A stretch of DNA of 62,337 nucleotides, filler included. It is 5 parts of 5 records of this genome, joined end to end, with 100 filler letters (N's around TTAATTAATTAA, not from the genome) between each part and the next. Parts side by side here need not be neighbours in the genome. Positions count along the whole stretch, not along the records: positions 12,897 to 36,181 come from DRR723986_10741; 4 more parts are not named here. The stretch is one strand, 5' to 3'. The translations under genes and the position numbers were made by a program. The first letter of the stretch is position 1. The number at the start of each line of letters is the position of its first letter. The notes below the pieces were generated by a model, which worked only from the letters and a program-made list of their open reading frames with translations, made no database searches and had not been told where the DNA came from. Below, in pieces: positions 17,212 to 25,574 of the stretch.

Positions 17212-17963
17212 AGATCACCGATTACCTCAAGGCCGAGGGATGGCTCGATCAGGTCGCGGGGCCGCGCTATGTGCAGCTTCGCAAGCGGATTGAACGCGCG
17301 ATGGACCCAGAGGTGGGCATTCTGCCGCCGGGCGCGTCCCTCCCGTCCGAGCGCGAGATCGCGTCGCTGACAGGTCTTTCACGGGTGACCGTGCGCAACG
17401 CAATTCAAGCACTGGTAGAGGCGGGAACCGTGGTCCAACGGCAGGGATCCGGCACCTTCGTCACCGAAAAGGCGCAAAGGGTGGAACAGTCGCTGTCTCA
17501 CCTGACCTCGTTTTCCGAAGACATGGCCCGACGCGGGATGCAATCGACCTCTGTCTGGCTGGAACGCAGCGTTTGCCTGCCGTCGCCTGAAGAAACCATC
17601 GCGTTGGCGCTGTCAGCAAACGATTCCGTTTCGCGCATTTCCCGTCTCCGCATGGCGGATGACCGGCCCATGGCCATCGAGCGCGCGGCGCTGCCCGTTG
17701 ACATCCTGCCCAATCCCATCGCTGTTACCACATCGCTTTATGATGTGTTGGAACAGGACGGTAACCGTCCCGTTCGGGCGATCCAGAAGATATCGGCAAT
17801 CAACCTCTCCATGGACGACGCAGACCTTTTGGGCGTCGCAGAGGGTGCCGCGGGCCTGCGGATCGAGAGGGTGTCCTACCTGCCCTCTGGCCGGGTCGCA
17901 GAATTCACCAAATCCATCTATCGCGGCGATGCCTACGATTTCGTGGCAGAGCTGCGCCTGTAG
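17208..17963 (+). CDS. GntR/HutC family regulator with UTRA domain
   Basis: LPSEREIA...SRVTVR.A...L...G...QGSGTFV, LTSFSEDM..RG, SLYDVL and YRGDAY. Confidence 0.92.
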   Translation: MKITDYLKAEGWLDQVAGPRYVQLRKRIERAMDPEVGILPPGASLPSEREIASLTGLSRVTVRNAIQALVEAGTVVQRQGSGTFVTEKAQRVEQSLSHLTSFSEDMARRGMQSTSVWLERSVCLPSPEETIALALSANDSVSRISRLRMADDRPMAIERAALPVDILPNPIAVTTSLYDVLEQDGNRPVRAIQKISAINLSMDDADLLGVAEGAAGLRIERVSYLPSGRVAEFTKSIYRGDAYDFVAELRL

Positions 17964-17979
17964 CAAAGGCAAACCGACC

Positions 17980-19011
17980 ATGACCGATCACTCCACCCAG
18001 ATGCGCCGGGAAATCCTGGAAATCCCGCATGTGGTTGACCGCCTGGTGGCTGAAAAGTCGGCGGCTATCGCCGCGATTGCAGATGCCGCCCGCGCCACCG
18101 ATCCGCGCTTTGTTGTCACCGTGGCGCGCGGATCGTCCGACCATGTCTGTACCTTCCTGAAATATGCAATCGAGCTGGAACTTGGCCTGCCGGTCGCGTC
18201 CATCGGTCCGTCGGTGGCCTCGATCTATGGGGCGGATCTGAAACTGGCGGACGGGTTGTGCCTATCGGTGTCCCAGTCTGGCAAAAGCCCCGATATCGTT
18301 GCCATGGCCAAATGCGCCGGTGAAGGCGGAGCACTGACGGTTGCGATAACCAACGATCCCGGATCGCCCCTGGCGCAGGTTTCGGCCCACACCATCGACA
18401 TTTTCGCAGGCCCCGAACGCAGCGTTGCGGCCACAAAAACCTTCGTGAACTCTGCCGTCTCGGGCCTGCTACTTCTGGCCCATTGGTCGCGTAACGATGC
18501 GTTGCTTAACGCCCTCTCAAACCTGCCTGCCCATCTGGAACATGCTGCCGGGCTGGACTGGCCGGACCTGCGTCGCGCCATCGGACAAAAGAAATCGCTG
18601 TTCACCCTTGGGCGTGGCCCCTCCTGGGCGATGTCAAACGAAGCGGCCCTGAAGTTCAAGGAAACCTGCCAGATCCATGCAGAAAGCTATTCAGCGGCAG
18701 AGGTGCTGCACGGGCCGGTGTCGATCGTCGAGGAAGGTTTTCCGGTGCTGTGTTTTGCCGTCGGCGACGCAGCGGAACCGGCAGTCGTGAAGGTGTCTGA
18801 CGACCTGGCTGAAAAAGGCGCCAGCGTTTTCCTGACCTCTGCACTGGCTTCGGGCGCAACGCAATTGCCGCATGTGCGGACCGGCCACGCCCTGACCGAC
18901 GCGATCGCGCTGATGGTGTCGTTTTATACCATGGTGGAACGGGTCGCGGCGGACCGGGGCATTAACCCGGACACACCCCGCCATCTGCGCAAAGTGACGG
19001 AAACCGTATGA
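17980..19011 (+). CDS. SIS-domain glucosamine-6-phosphate deaminase (NagB-II type)
   Basis: MRREILEIP, ARGSSDH, SQSGKSPD, ERSVAATKTF and EAALKFKET...AESYSAAEVLHGP; start MTDHSTQ. Confidence 0.88.
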   Translation: MTDHSTQMRREILEIPHVVDRLVAEKSAAIAAIADAARATDPRFVVTVARGSSDHVCTFLKYAIELELGLPVASIGPSVASIYGADLKLADGLCLSVSQSGKSPDIVAMAKCAGEGGALTVAITNDPGSPLAQVSAHTIDIFAGPERSVAATKTFVNSAVSGLLLLAHWSRNDALLNALSNLPAHLEHAAGLDWPDLRRAIGQKKSLFTLGRGPSWAMSNEAALKFKETCQIHAESYSAAEVLHGPVSIVEEGFPVLCFAVGDAAEPAVVKVSDDLAEKGASVFLTSALASGATQLPHVRTGHALTDAIALMVSFYTMVERVAADRGINPDTPRHLRKVTETV

Positions 19012-20174
19012 CAATGCATCGGACAGCCTATCTCTGCCCCCGGATATTCGACGGCTTGGCCTTCCATGAGGATTGCGCGCTGATCGTTGAGGGCGACAGG
19101 GTTGTGGCGATAGCCCCCTCGCGCGATCTGGACAGCGACATTCCGCGCCATGACCTTGGAGAGGGCATTCTTGCACCGGGTTTCGTTGATCTTCAGGTCA
19201 ATGGTGGGGGCGGTGTCATGCTGAATGGCGATCAATCCGTCGATGCCCTGCGCCGCATTTCCAAGGCCCATGCCACGCTTGGGGCGACGTCCATCCTGCC
19301 TACGCTGATCACCGATACCCCGGAAAAAACCGGTGCGGCCATCAAGGCAGTTGAGGGCGCAATTACAGAGGGAATTCCCGGCATCATCGGCTTGCACCTC
19401 GAAGGACCGCACCTGTCGGTTGCCCGCAAAGGCGCGCATGAGGCGCGGTTCATCCGACCCATGACCGATGCGGATATCACCATTCTTCAGGATGCCGCCC
19501 GCCGGTTGCCGGTTCTGAAAATGACAGTCGCCATCGAAAACGTGACCCTTGAACAGATCCGGCACCTCACCGAAGCAGGTATCATCATCTCGCTCGGACA
19601 TAGCGAGGCCAGCGCAGAAGCCGCGAAAGCGGCTGTCGCCGCCGGGGCCACCTGCGTGACGCATCTGTTCAATGCCATGAGCCAGCTGGGCAACCGCGAA
19701 CCGGGACTTGTGGGCACTGCGATAACCGAGCCACAGCTTTTTGCTGGAATGATTGCGGATGGGATACACGTCCACCCCGACAGCATCGGCATTGCCATGC
19801 GCGCCAAAACGGGGCCGGGACGCATCTTCCTCGTCAGCGATGCTATGGCGGTGGCCGGGTCTGATCTGGGCACGTTCGAGCTTGGCGGGCGCAAGGTGCT
19901 GCGGGCAGGCGGGCGTCTGACGCTGGAGGACGGAACGCTGGCCGGTGCCGATCTGGATCTGCTGACCGCCATTCGCAACCTGATCCGGTGGGGCTTTGCC
20001 GATGAAGCAACAGCCCTGGCCATGGCCAGTTCGGTTCCCGCGTCCGTCATCCGGGATAGAACCGGGCTGGGACACCTCACGCCTGGCTGCTTCGCGGATT
20101 TTCAGCACCTGACCTTGTCTGGTCAAGATGCTGCGACGGTCTGGCAACGGGGTGCCAATGTGACAGGCGCCTGA
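19008..20174 (+). CDS. nagA: N-acetylglucosamine-6-phosphate deacetylase
   Basis: PGFVDLQVNGGGG, PTLIT, HLEGP, GAH, GHS, THLFNAM, ADGIHV, SDAM and GTLAG. Confidence 0.95.
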   Translation: MTMHRTAYLCPRIFDGLAFHEDCALIVEGDRVVAIAPSRDLDSDIPRHDLGEGILAPGFVDLQVNGGGGVMLNGDQSVDALRRISKAHATLGATSILPTLITDTPEKTGAAIKAVEGAITEGIPGIIGLHLEGPHLSVARKGAHEARFIRPMTDADITILQDAARRLPVLKMTVAIENVTLEQIRHLTEAGIIISLGHSEASAEAAKAAVAAGATCVTHLFNAMSQLGNREPGLVGTAITEPQLFAGMIADGIHVHPDSIGIAMRAKTGPGRIFLVSDAMAVAGSDLGTFELGGRKVLRAGGRLTLEDGTLAGADLDLLTAIRNLIRWGFADEATALAMASSVPASVIRDRTGLGHLTPGCFADFQHLTLSGQDAATVWQRGANVTGA

Positions 20175-20348
20175 GCAATTTGGTGCCAACCGGGCCGTTC
20201 TGATTGGCAAGACAGCCTCGCGTTGCCTATCTTCGTCAAAGGTGACATGAACCCTGCCAAGGGTGCACATGCGCCCGCCATCCGGCAGGTCTGAAGGGTG
20301 TTTTCCCGGTACCATCCAGACTGGAACCGCATTGATCAGGGGAAGACG

Positions 20349-20960
20349 ATGACGATCCATCTGTACAAGAACGACCTTCCCGATGGGCTGGACCTTGGGC
20401 CTGTCGTGGCAATCGACTGTGAAACAATGGGTCTGAACCCGCATCGCGACCGGCTGTGCCTGGTGCAGATGTCTGGCGGCGATGGGGATGCGCATCTGGT
20501 GCATGTGGACAAGGGCCAGTCCGAGGCCCCCAATCTGGCTCGTATGCTGGAAGACCCCGATGTGCTGAAGCTCTTCCATTTCGGGCGTTTCGATATCGCC
20601 GCGATGTACAATGCTTTCGGTGCGCTGGCTGCGCCGGTCTTTTGCACCAAGATCGCGTCGAAACTGGTACGTACCTACACAGACCGGCACGGGCTGCGAA
20701 ACCTGTGTCAGGAATTGCTGAATGTCGATATCTCCAAGATGCAGCAAAGCTCTGACTGGGGGGCGCCGAAGCTGACCGATGCACAGATGACCTATGCCGC
20801 GTCCGATGTGCTGTACCTGCACCGATTGAAAGAGATCTTCGAAACCCGGCTGGAACGAGAAGGCCGGACAGAGATCGCACAAGCCTGTTTCGATTTCCTG
20901 CCCACCCGCGCCAAGCTGGACCTTGCAGGCTGGCCCGAGCTCGACATCTTCTCGCATTAA
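20349..20960 (+). CDS. rnd: Ribonuclease D (short 3'-5' exonuclease)
   Basis: AIDCETMGL, RLCLVQ, KLFHFGRFD, CTKIASK and QSSDW...YAASDV. Confidence 0.92.
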   Translation: MTIHLYKNDLPDGLDLGPVVAIDCETMGLNPHRDRLCLVQMSGGDGDAHLVHVDKGQSEAPNLARMLEDPDVLKLFHFGRFDIAAMYNAFGALAAPVFCTKIASKLVRTYTDRHGLRNLCQELLNVDISKMQQSSDWGAPKLTDAQMTYAASDVLYLHRLKEIFETRLEREGRTEIAQACFDFLPTRAKLDLAGWPELDIFSH

Positions 20961-20970
20961 GGGGATCCGA

Positions 20971-21567
20971 ATGGCCGCGCCCAACACCTATTCGCGGGTT
21001 GTCGCCTGGGTAAAGGTGATCCTGCCGCTGCTGGCGCTGGCGCTGTTGTCGACCCTGTTCCTGTTTTCCCGCACCCCCGACCCGAACCGTGCAATTCCTT
21101 TCGCGGATGTGGATGTTGAGGAACTGGCGCGTGAACAAAGCATCGGCCACCCGCGCTTTGCCAGCACCATGTCGGATGGGCGAGAGGTCATTTTCACCGC
21201 TGCACGAGTCATTCCACGGCTAAGCAACCCCAACATGCTGGATGCCGAAACGATCGAGGCAAGGGTTGATCTTAACCCGGATGCAATCCTGTTGATCGTG
21301 GCGGGAAGTGGACAGTTCGACCTGCGCAATGAAGTCGCCGATCTGGGGGACGAAGTGCAGTTGACCACCTCTACCGGGTTCCGGCTGAACACCGCTATTT
21401 TGCACTTCGACATGGGCGCCTCCAGCGCCGATGCGCCCGGAGCAGTCGAGATCACCGGCCCGGGTTTGACCCTGACGGCGGGGTCGATGCGAATCAGCGC
21501 TGTTGATGGAAACGACGTTGTCCTTTTTAATGACGGTGTTCGGGTGCTATACGAGCCCGGAACTTAA
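20971..21567 (+). CDS. lptC: LPS export protein LptC
   Basis: N-terminal TM anchor (KVILPLLALALLSTLFL), beta-rich body and position before lptA-lptB. Confidence 0.8.
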   Translation: MAAPNTYSRVVAWVKVILPLLALALLSTLFLFSRTPDPNRAIPFADVDVEELAREQSIGHPRFASTMSDGREVIFTAARVIPRLSNPNMLDAETIEARVDLNPDAILLIVAGSGQFDLRNEVADLGDEVQLTTSTGFRLNTAILHFDMGASSADAPGAVEITGPGLTLTAGSMRISAVDGNDVVLFNDGVRVLYEPGT

Positions 21568-21577
21568 CGGAGCTTTC

Positions 21578-22063
21578 ATGCGCGCCTTTCTTATTGCCCT
21601 TTGCCTGGCCTGCCTTCCCGCTCTGCCGATTGCGGCACAAACCTCTATCGGTTTCGGCGGGGTGTCACACGACTCAAACCAGCCGATTGAGGTAACATCC
21701 GACAGCTTGCGAGTGGATCAAACCACTGGGAATGCGGTGTTTTCTGGGAATGTCATCGTGATCCAGGGGGATCTGAGGATGGCAGCCGGAGAGGTTTCGG
21801 TGATCTACGGAACCTCGGACACACAACAAGTCCAAGAGGTGCTGGCCACTGGCGGTGTACTTCTCACGCGCGGTCAAGATGCCGCCGAGGGCGCACAGGC
21901 GGAATATTCGGTGGAAACCGGTCATGTCTTCCTGTCGGGCGATGTTCTGGTCACGCAAGGGCGCACAACCATCGCCGGTGACCGGCTGAACATTGATCTC
22001 AACACCGGCAACGGTACGGTTGAAGGCCGGGTGCGCACCATCCTGCAACCTGCGGGGCAGTAA
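21578..22063 (+). CDS. lptA: LPS transport periplasmic protein LptA
   Basis: Signal peptide, PIEVTSDSL, AVFSGNV.V.QG and GRVRTIL.P. Confidence 0.9.
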   Translation: MRAFLIALCLACLPALPIAAQTSIGFGGVSHDSNQPIEVTSDSLRVDQTTGNAVFSGNVIVIQGDLRMAAGEVSVIYGTSDTQQVQEVLATGGVLLTRGQDAAEGAQAEYSVETGHVFLSGDVLVTQGRTTIAGDRLNIDLNTGNGTVEGRVRTILQPAGQ

Positions 22064-22066
22064 CCA

Positions 22067-22828
22067 ATGGCAGACCGGCCCGATCTTGTGATTGAACAAG
22101 GCCAGCAGGGCCTGCGCGTTACCAATCTGCGCAAAAGCTACAAACGTCGTCCGGTGATCCGGGACGTGACGATGACACTTGATCGGGGCGAGGTGGTCGC
22201 CCTGCTTGGGCCGAACGGTTCCGGCAAAACCACCTGTTTCTACGCCATCGCCGGTCTGGTCGCGCCCGAGGGTGGCAAGGTCATTCTGGACGGGCATGAC
22301 ATCACCTATCTGCCGATGTATCGCCGTGCCAAGGCCGGTATCGGCTATCTGCCGCAAGAGATGTCTATCTTTCGCGGCCTGACGGTCGAAGAAAACATCA
22401 CGGCGATTCTCGAAGTGGTCGAAAAGGACCGCCACAAGCGCCACGAGCGGCTGGAAGAGCTGCTATCGGAATTTTCCATCACCCACCTTCGCGCGGCTCC
22501 TGCCCTGTCATTGTCCGGAGGCGAACGACGCCGCGCCGAGATTGCCCGCTGCCTTGCTTCAAGCCCGCGCTATCTGCTGCTGGACGAACCCTTTGCTGGC
22601 GTCGATCCGATTGCAGTGTCCGAGATTCGCGCCTTGGTATCCGATCTCAAGAAACGCGGAATCGGTGTGTTGATCACCGACCACAATGTTCGCGAGACAC
22701 TGGAAATCGTGGATCGCGCCTACATCCTGCATGACGGCACGATGCTGATGAGCGGCACCGCCGAAGAGGTTGTCCGCGACGAGAACGTGCGCAGGGTTTA
22801 TCTGGGGCACAGTTTCCGCATCAGTTGA
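22067..22828 (+). CDS. lptB: LPS export ABC ATPase LptB
   Basis: GPNGSGKTTCFY, GYLPQE.SIFR, LSGGERRR.EIAR, DEPFAGVDP and ITDHNVRETL. Confidence 0.97.
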   Translation: MADRPDLVIEQGQQGLRVTNLRKSYKRRPVIRDVTMTLDRGEVVALLGPNGSGKTTCFYAIAGLVAPEGGKVILDGHDITYLPMYRRAKAGIGYLPQEMSIFRGLTVEENITAILEVVEKDRHKRHERLEELLSEFSITHLRAAPALSLSGGERRRAEIARCLASSPRYLLLDEPFAGVDPIAVSEIRALVSDLKKRGIGVLITDHNVRETLEIVDRAYILHDGTMLMSGTAEEVVRDENVRRVYLGHSFRIS

Positions 22829-23060
22829 TCTTCGCCGGTCGACAGATCACCGCGAGTTGCCGTTGACAGACCGCCCCGATTCAGCGCCAAATGGTGGGGA
22901 TGTACGAAAGCGTTCCCGATCTTGCACTGCACATCGCCGGACCCACCGGGCCGACGAATGCAAGCAAAAGTCAGGGGCGCTTTTTCGTAACATCGCTGCA
23001 CTGACCAACGGCCGCCCGGGGACCAACCCTGTGTCGGCCGTTTGCATTTATGGAGGTCCT

Positions 23061-23627
23061 ATGCGCTACCAGATCAGCGGAAAACAAATCGATATCGGCG
23101 ATGCCCTGCAAACCCATGTGAAGGACAGTCTCGGCGCCGTCGTGCAAAAATACGCTGAACGCCCGACGGATGCGAGCATCGTATTCTCGCGCAGTGGCCA
23201 CGAGCATGTCTGCGAAGCCACCATCCATCTTTCGACTGGCCTGACCGCGTCGGCAAAGGCCGCCGACCACGAAATCTACGCTTCCTTCGATCAATGCTGC
23301 GAAAAGATGGAAAAGCAGCTGCGCCGTTACAAGCGCCGCCTGAAAGACCATCACATCAAGCGAGCAGAGCCCGTTGAAACTTTCGCTGGTTCCTCGTATA
23401 TCCTCGCGGGCTCGGACCATGGGGATGAGGACGAGCCGGATTCGCTACAGCCGATGATCATCGCCGAGATGGAGACGAAAATTCCGTCCCTGTCGGTTGG
23501 TGAAGCGGTGATGCAGATGGAGATTTCCGGCTCGCCTGTTCTGATCTTCCGAAATGAGGGACACGACGGGTTGAATGTGGTCTACCGCCGCGACGATGGG
23601 AATGTCGGGTGGATCGATCCCCGCTAA
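23061..23627 (+). CDS. raiA: Long ribosome hibernation factor HPF/RaiA
   Basis: MRYQISGKQIDIG, KMEKQLRRYK and EAVMQM...FRN...NVVYRR.DG; GGAGG RBS. Confidence 0.94.
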   Translation: MRYQISGKQIDIGDALQTHVKDSLGAVVQKYAERPTDASIVFSRSGHEHVCEATIHLSTGLTASAKAADHEIYASFDQCCEKMEKQLRRYKRRLKDHHIKRAEPVETFAGSSYILAGSDHGDEDEPDSLQPMIIAEMETKIPSLSVGEAVMQMEISGSPVLIFRNEGHDGLNVVYRRDDGNVGWIDPR

Positions 23628-23679
23628 CAGAAACAACCGGGACCGGGCGAATGCACGGTCCCAACACCGGGACAGTTTC

Positions 23680-24144
23680 ATGGATCTTGCGTCACTATTA
23701 CGCCCGCAGGCGGTTCGGATCATCGCCGATGTCAGCAGCAAAAAAAGATCGATTCAAGCCGTAGCAGATATCGCCGCGCCGCTATTGGACCTATCTGTAA
23801 CCGATATCACCTCAGCCCTGCTGGAACGCGAAAGCCTTGGGCCAACCGGGTTTGGCAAAGGTGTCGCCCTGCCCCACGCCCGCTTGGCCGGCCTGACCGA
23901 AGTATGTGGTGCGTTCATCAAGCTGGATCGCCCCGTCGAATTCGACGCCGTTGACCGGCAGCCCGTGGATCTGATCTTTGCCCTGTTCGCGCCAGAAGAA
24001 TCCGGCACCGAACACCTCAAGGCACTGGCGCTGGTATCGCGCACATTGCGCGATCCGGTTCTGTGCGAAAAGCTGCGCGCCAATTCAGACCCCACGACGC
24101 TGCACACCCTGCTGACGGAAACACGGGCAACCCAGGCGGCTTAA
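23680..24144 (+). CDS. ptsN: PTS EIIA-Ntr
   Basis: ERESLGPTG.G.GVALPHAR, FDAVDRQPVDL and HLKALA.VSR. Confidence 0.94.
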   Translation: MDLASLLRPQAVRIIADVSSKKRSIQAVADIAAPLLDLSVTDITSALLERESLGPTGFGKGVALPHARLAGLTEVCGAFIKLDRPVEFDAVDRQPVDLIFALFAPEESGTEHLKALALVSRTLRDPVLCEKLRANSDPTTLHTLLTETRATQAA

Positions 24145-25571
24145 GCTTCCCAGCTTTGAAAACCGAAATTCAGGAAGTCCTTGCGATATATGTCGAAGAT
24201 CAGTGATTCGATCTCGGCATCGTTGATCTCGGCCAGTGGAAACGGTTCCACCGGCAGGGGCATGTCAAACTCCGCCCCGTTGCGGCCCTGTGCAGCGGCC
24301 ATCTTCGGCAGCTCTTCGATCAGATCGTCTTCGCGTAAAATACGATCGGGCAGGGTGAAATTCGCCATGCCCTGCAGCAACGCAGTCTGCGACGCGAAAA
24401 TCTGTTCCACCTTCAGGCTGGTTTGCCCCGCAAGGTTGCCCTTCAGGAAATGAAGAAAGGCAACAAACGCCTCTTTGTGCTGATCGGCGTAGTATCCGGG
24501 AACCAGACCATCCTTGGGGATCGGCAGGCTATATCGGCTCTTTAGCACCCGTCGGATATTCGCATATGCGGGCCGGTCAGCGGGCAGGATACAGGTGTTG
24601 AAAACATGATAAGCGCGTTCCAGCGGATGACGAAGCACGGTGAAACTGCGATGTCCGTCATGCTTGCGCATCCACTGGCGTATATCCTTCTGCTTCAAAC
24701 CGGTCAGCAGCCTGTCGGTACTGATGCCTTCCAGCCCGGCCATCCAGTCCCGGACGGGGTCCACCGCGGCGCCGCGGATCGGCATGAACATCAGACCTGT
24801 ATCCGGCATCAACACGAAACCTGGCACACCCGCATGACGCGCGGGTTCGAAATTGGGCGTCCTGGTCAGATCGAACCGATCCAGCTTGGCCAATGACCGA
24901 ACCATGTGATCGTAGTTTTCGACCTTCTGGCTCAAATCGCTCGGGTTTTGTTTCTTCAGTTTGGTGTTCGTTGCGTCCAACGCGTGATCCGAGCCAAGGA
25001 ACCGCGCCAAGCCGTTCACGATTTCTACATCGTTGATGTCCTCGTAGCGGATGTAGAACGCCGCCTGTCCCGTGCTCTGCATGCCCCGCTGCAACTGGAT
25101 CTGAAACGCCTGAAGATCTTCCAGCATCGTCTCGAATTCCCACAGGCGGAATTCTACCTTGGCGCTTTTCTGATGCTTCATATCCGTCAATCGCCATTGC
25201 CCGGTTTCGGTGGCGATCCGGCGGCTGACATAGCTTTCGAGCGGATTGCGGGTCAGGATAACCTTGGCGATGCGGGGATCGGGCAGTATCCGGTCCAAAA
25301 CGCGCGGATCGTGATCGTGGAAAAACCGAAACCCCGGCAACGCATCGCCCGCATTCTCGACAATCGCGTCCAGCAGATCGAGCGGGGCGCGTTCACGCCC
25401 GTCCATGTCGATGCCATGCATTTGGAACGTGTTGTGGTGGCCAATGAAGGTGGGGTTATAGACCTCGCCCAGACAGTCCAGATCCGGCAGGTCATTCAGC
25501 GTTGCCTCCAGGTAGTTCGACCCGGTGCGCATTTCGGCAAAAATCACGAAAGCATCGAAACGAGAGGACAT
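24141..25571 (-). CDS. Two-domain sulfotransferase (Stf0/NodH-like N-domain plus Sulfotransfer_2-like C-domain)
   Basis: 5'-PSB-like MRTGSNYL, 3'-PB-like LTRNPLESYVS and YED; second domain FTVLRHPLERAY...IYRKDFLNFGF. Confidence 0.8.
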   Translation of the reverse strand: MSSRFDAFVIFAEMRTGSNYLEATLNDLPDLDCLGEVYNPTFIGHHNTFQMHGIDMDGRERAPLDLLDAIVENAGDALPGFRFFHDHDPRVLDRILPDPRIAKVILTRNPLESYVSRRIATETGQWRLTDMKHQKSAKVEFRLWEFETMLEDLQAFQIQLQRGMQSTGQAAFYIRYEDINDVEIVNGLARFLGSDHALDATNTKLKKQNPSDLSQKVENYDHMVRSLAKLDRFDLTRTPNFEPARHAGVPGFVLMPDTGLMFMPIRGAAVDPVRDWMAGLEGISTDRLLTGLKQKDIRQWMRKHDGHRSFTVLRHPLERAYHVFNTCILPADRPAYANIRRVLKSRYSLPIPKDGLVPGYYADQHKEAFVAFLHFLKGNLAGQTSLKVEQIFASQTALLQGMANFTLPDRILREDDLIEELPKMAAAQGRNGAEFDMPLPVEPFPLAEINDAEIESLIFDIYRKDFLNFGFQSWEA

Positions 25572-25574
25572 GGC

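Noticed and set aside
18924-20987. 687-aa minus-strand ORF
   Set aside because: It is antisense to nagA and rnd, which have clear motifs; its span over the intergenic gap is compatible with chance at this GC content.
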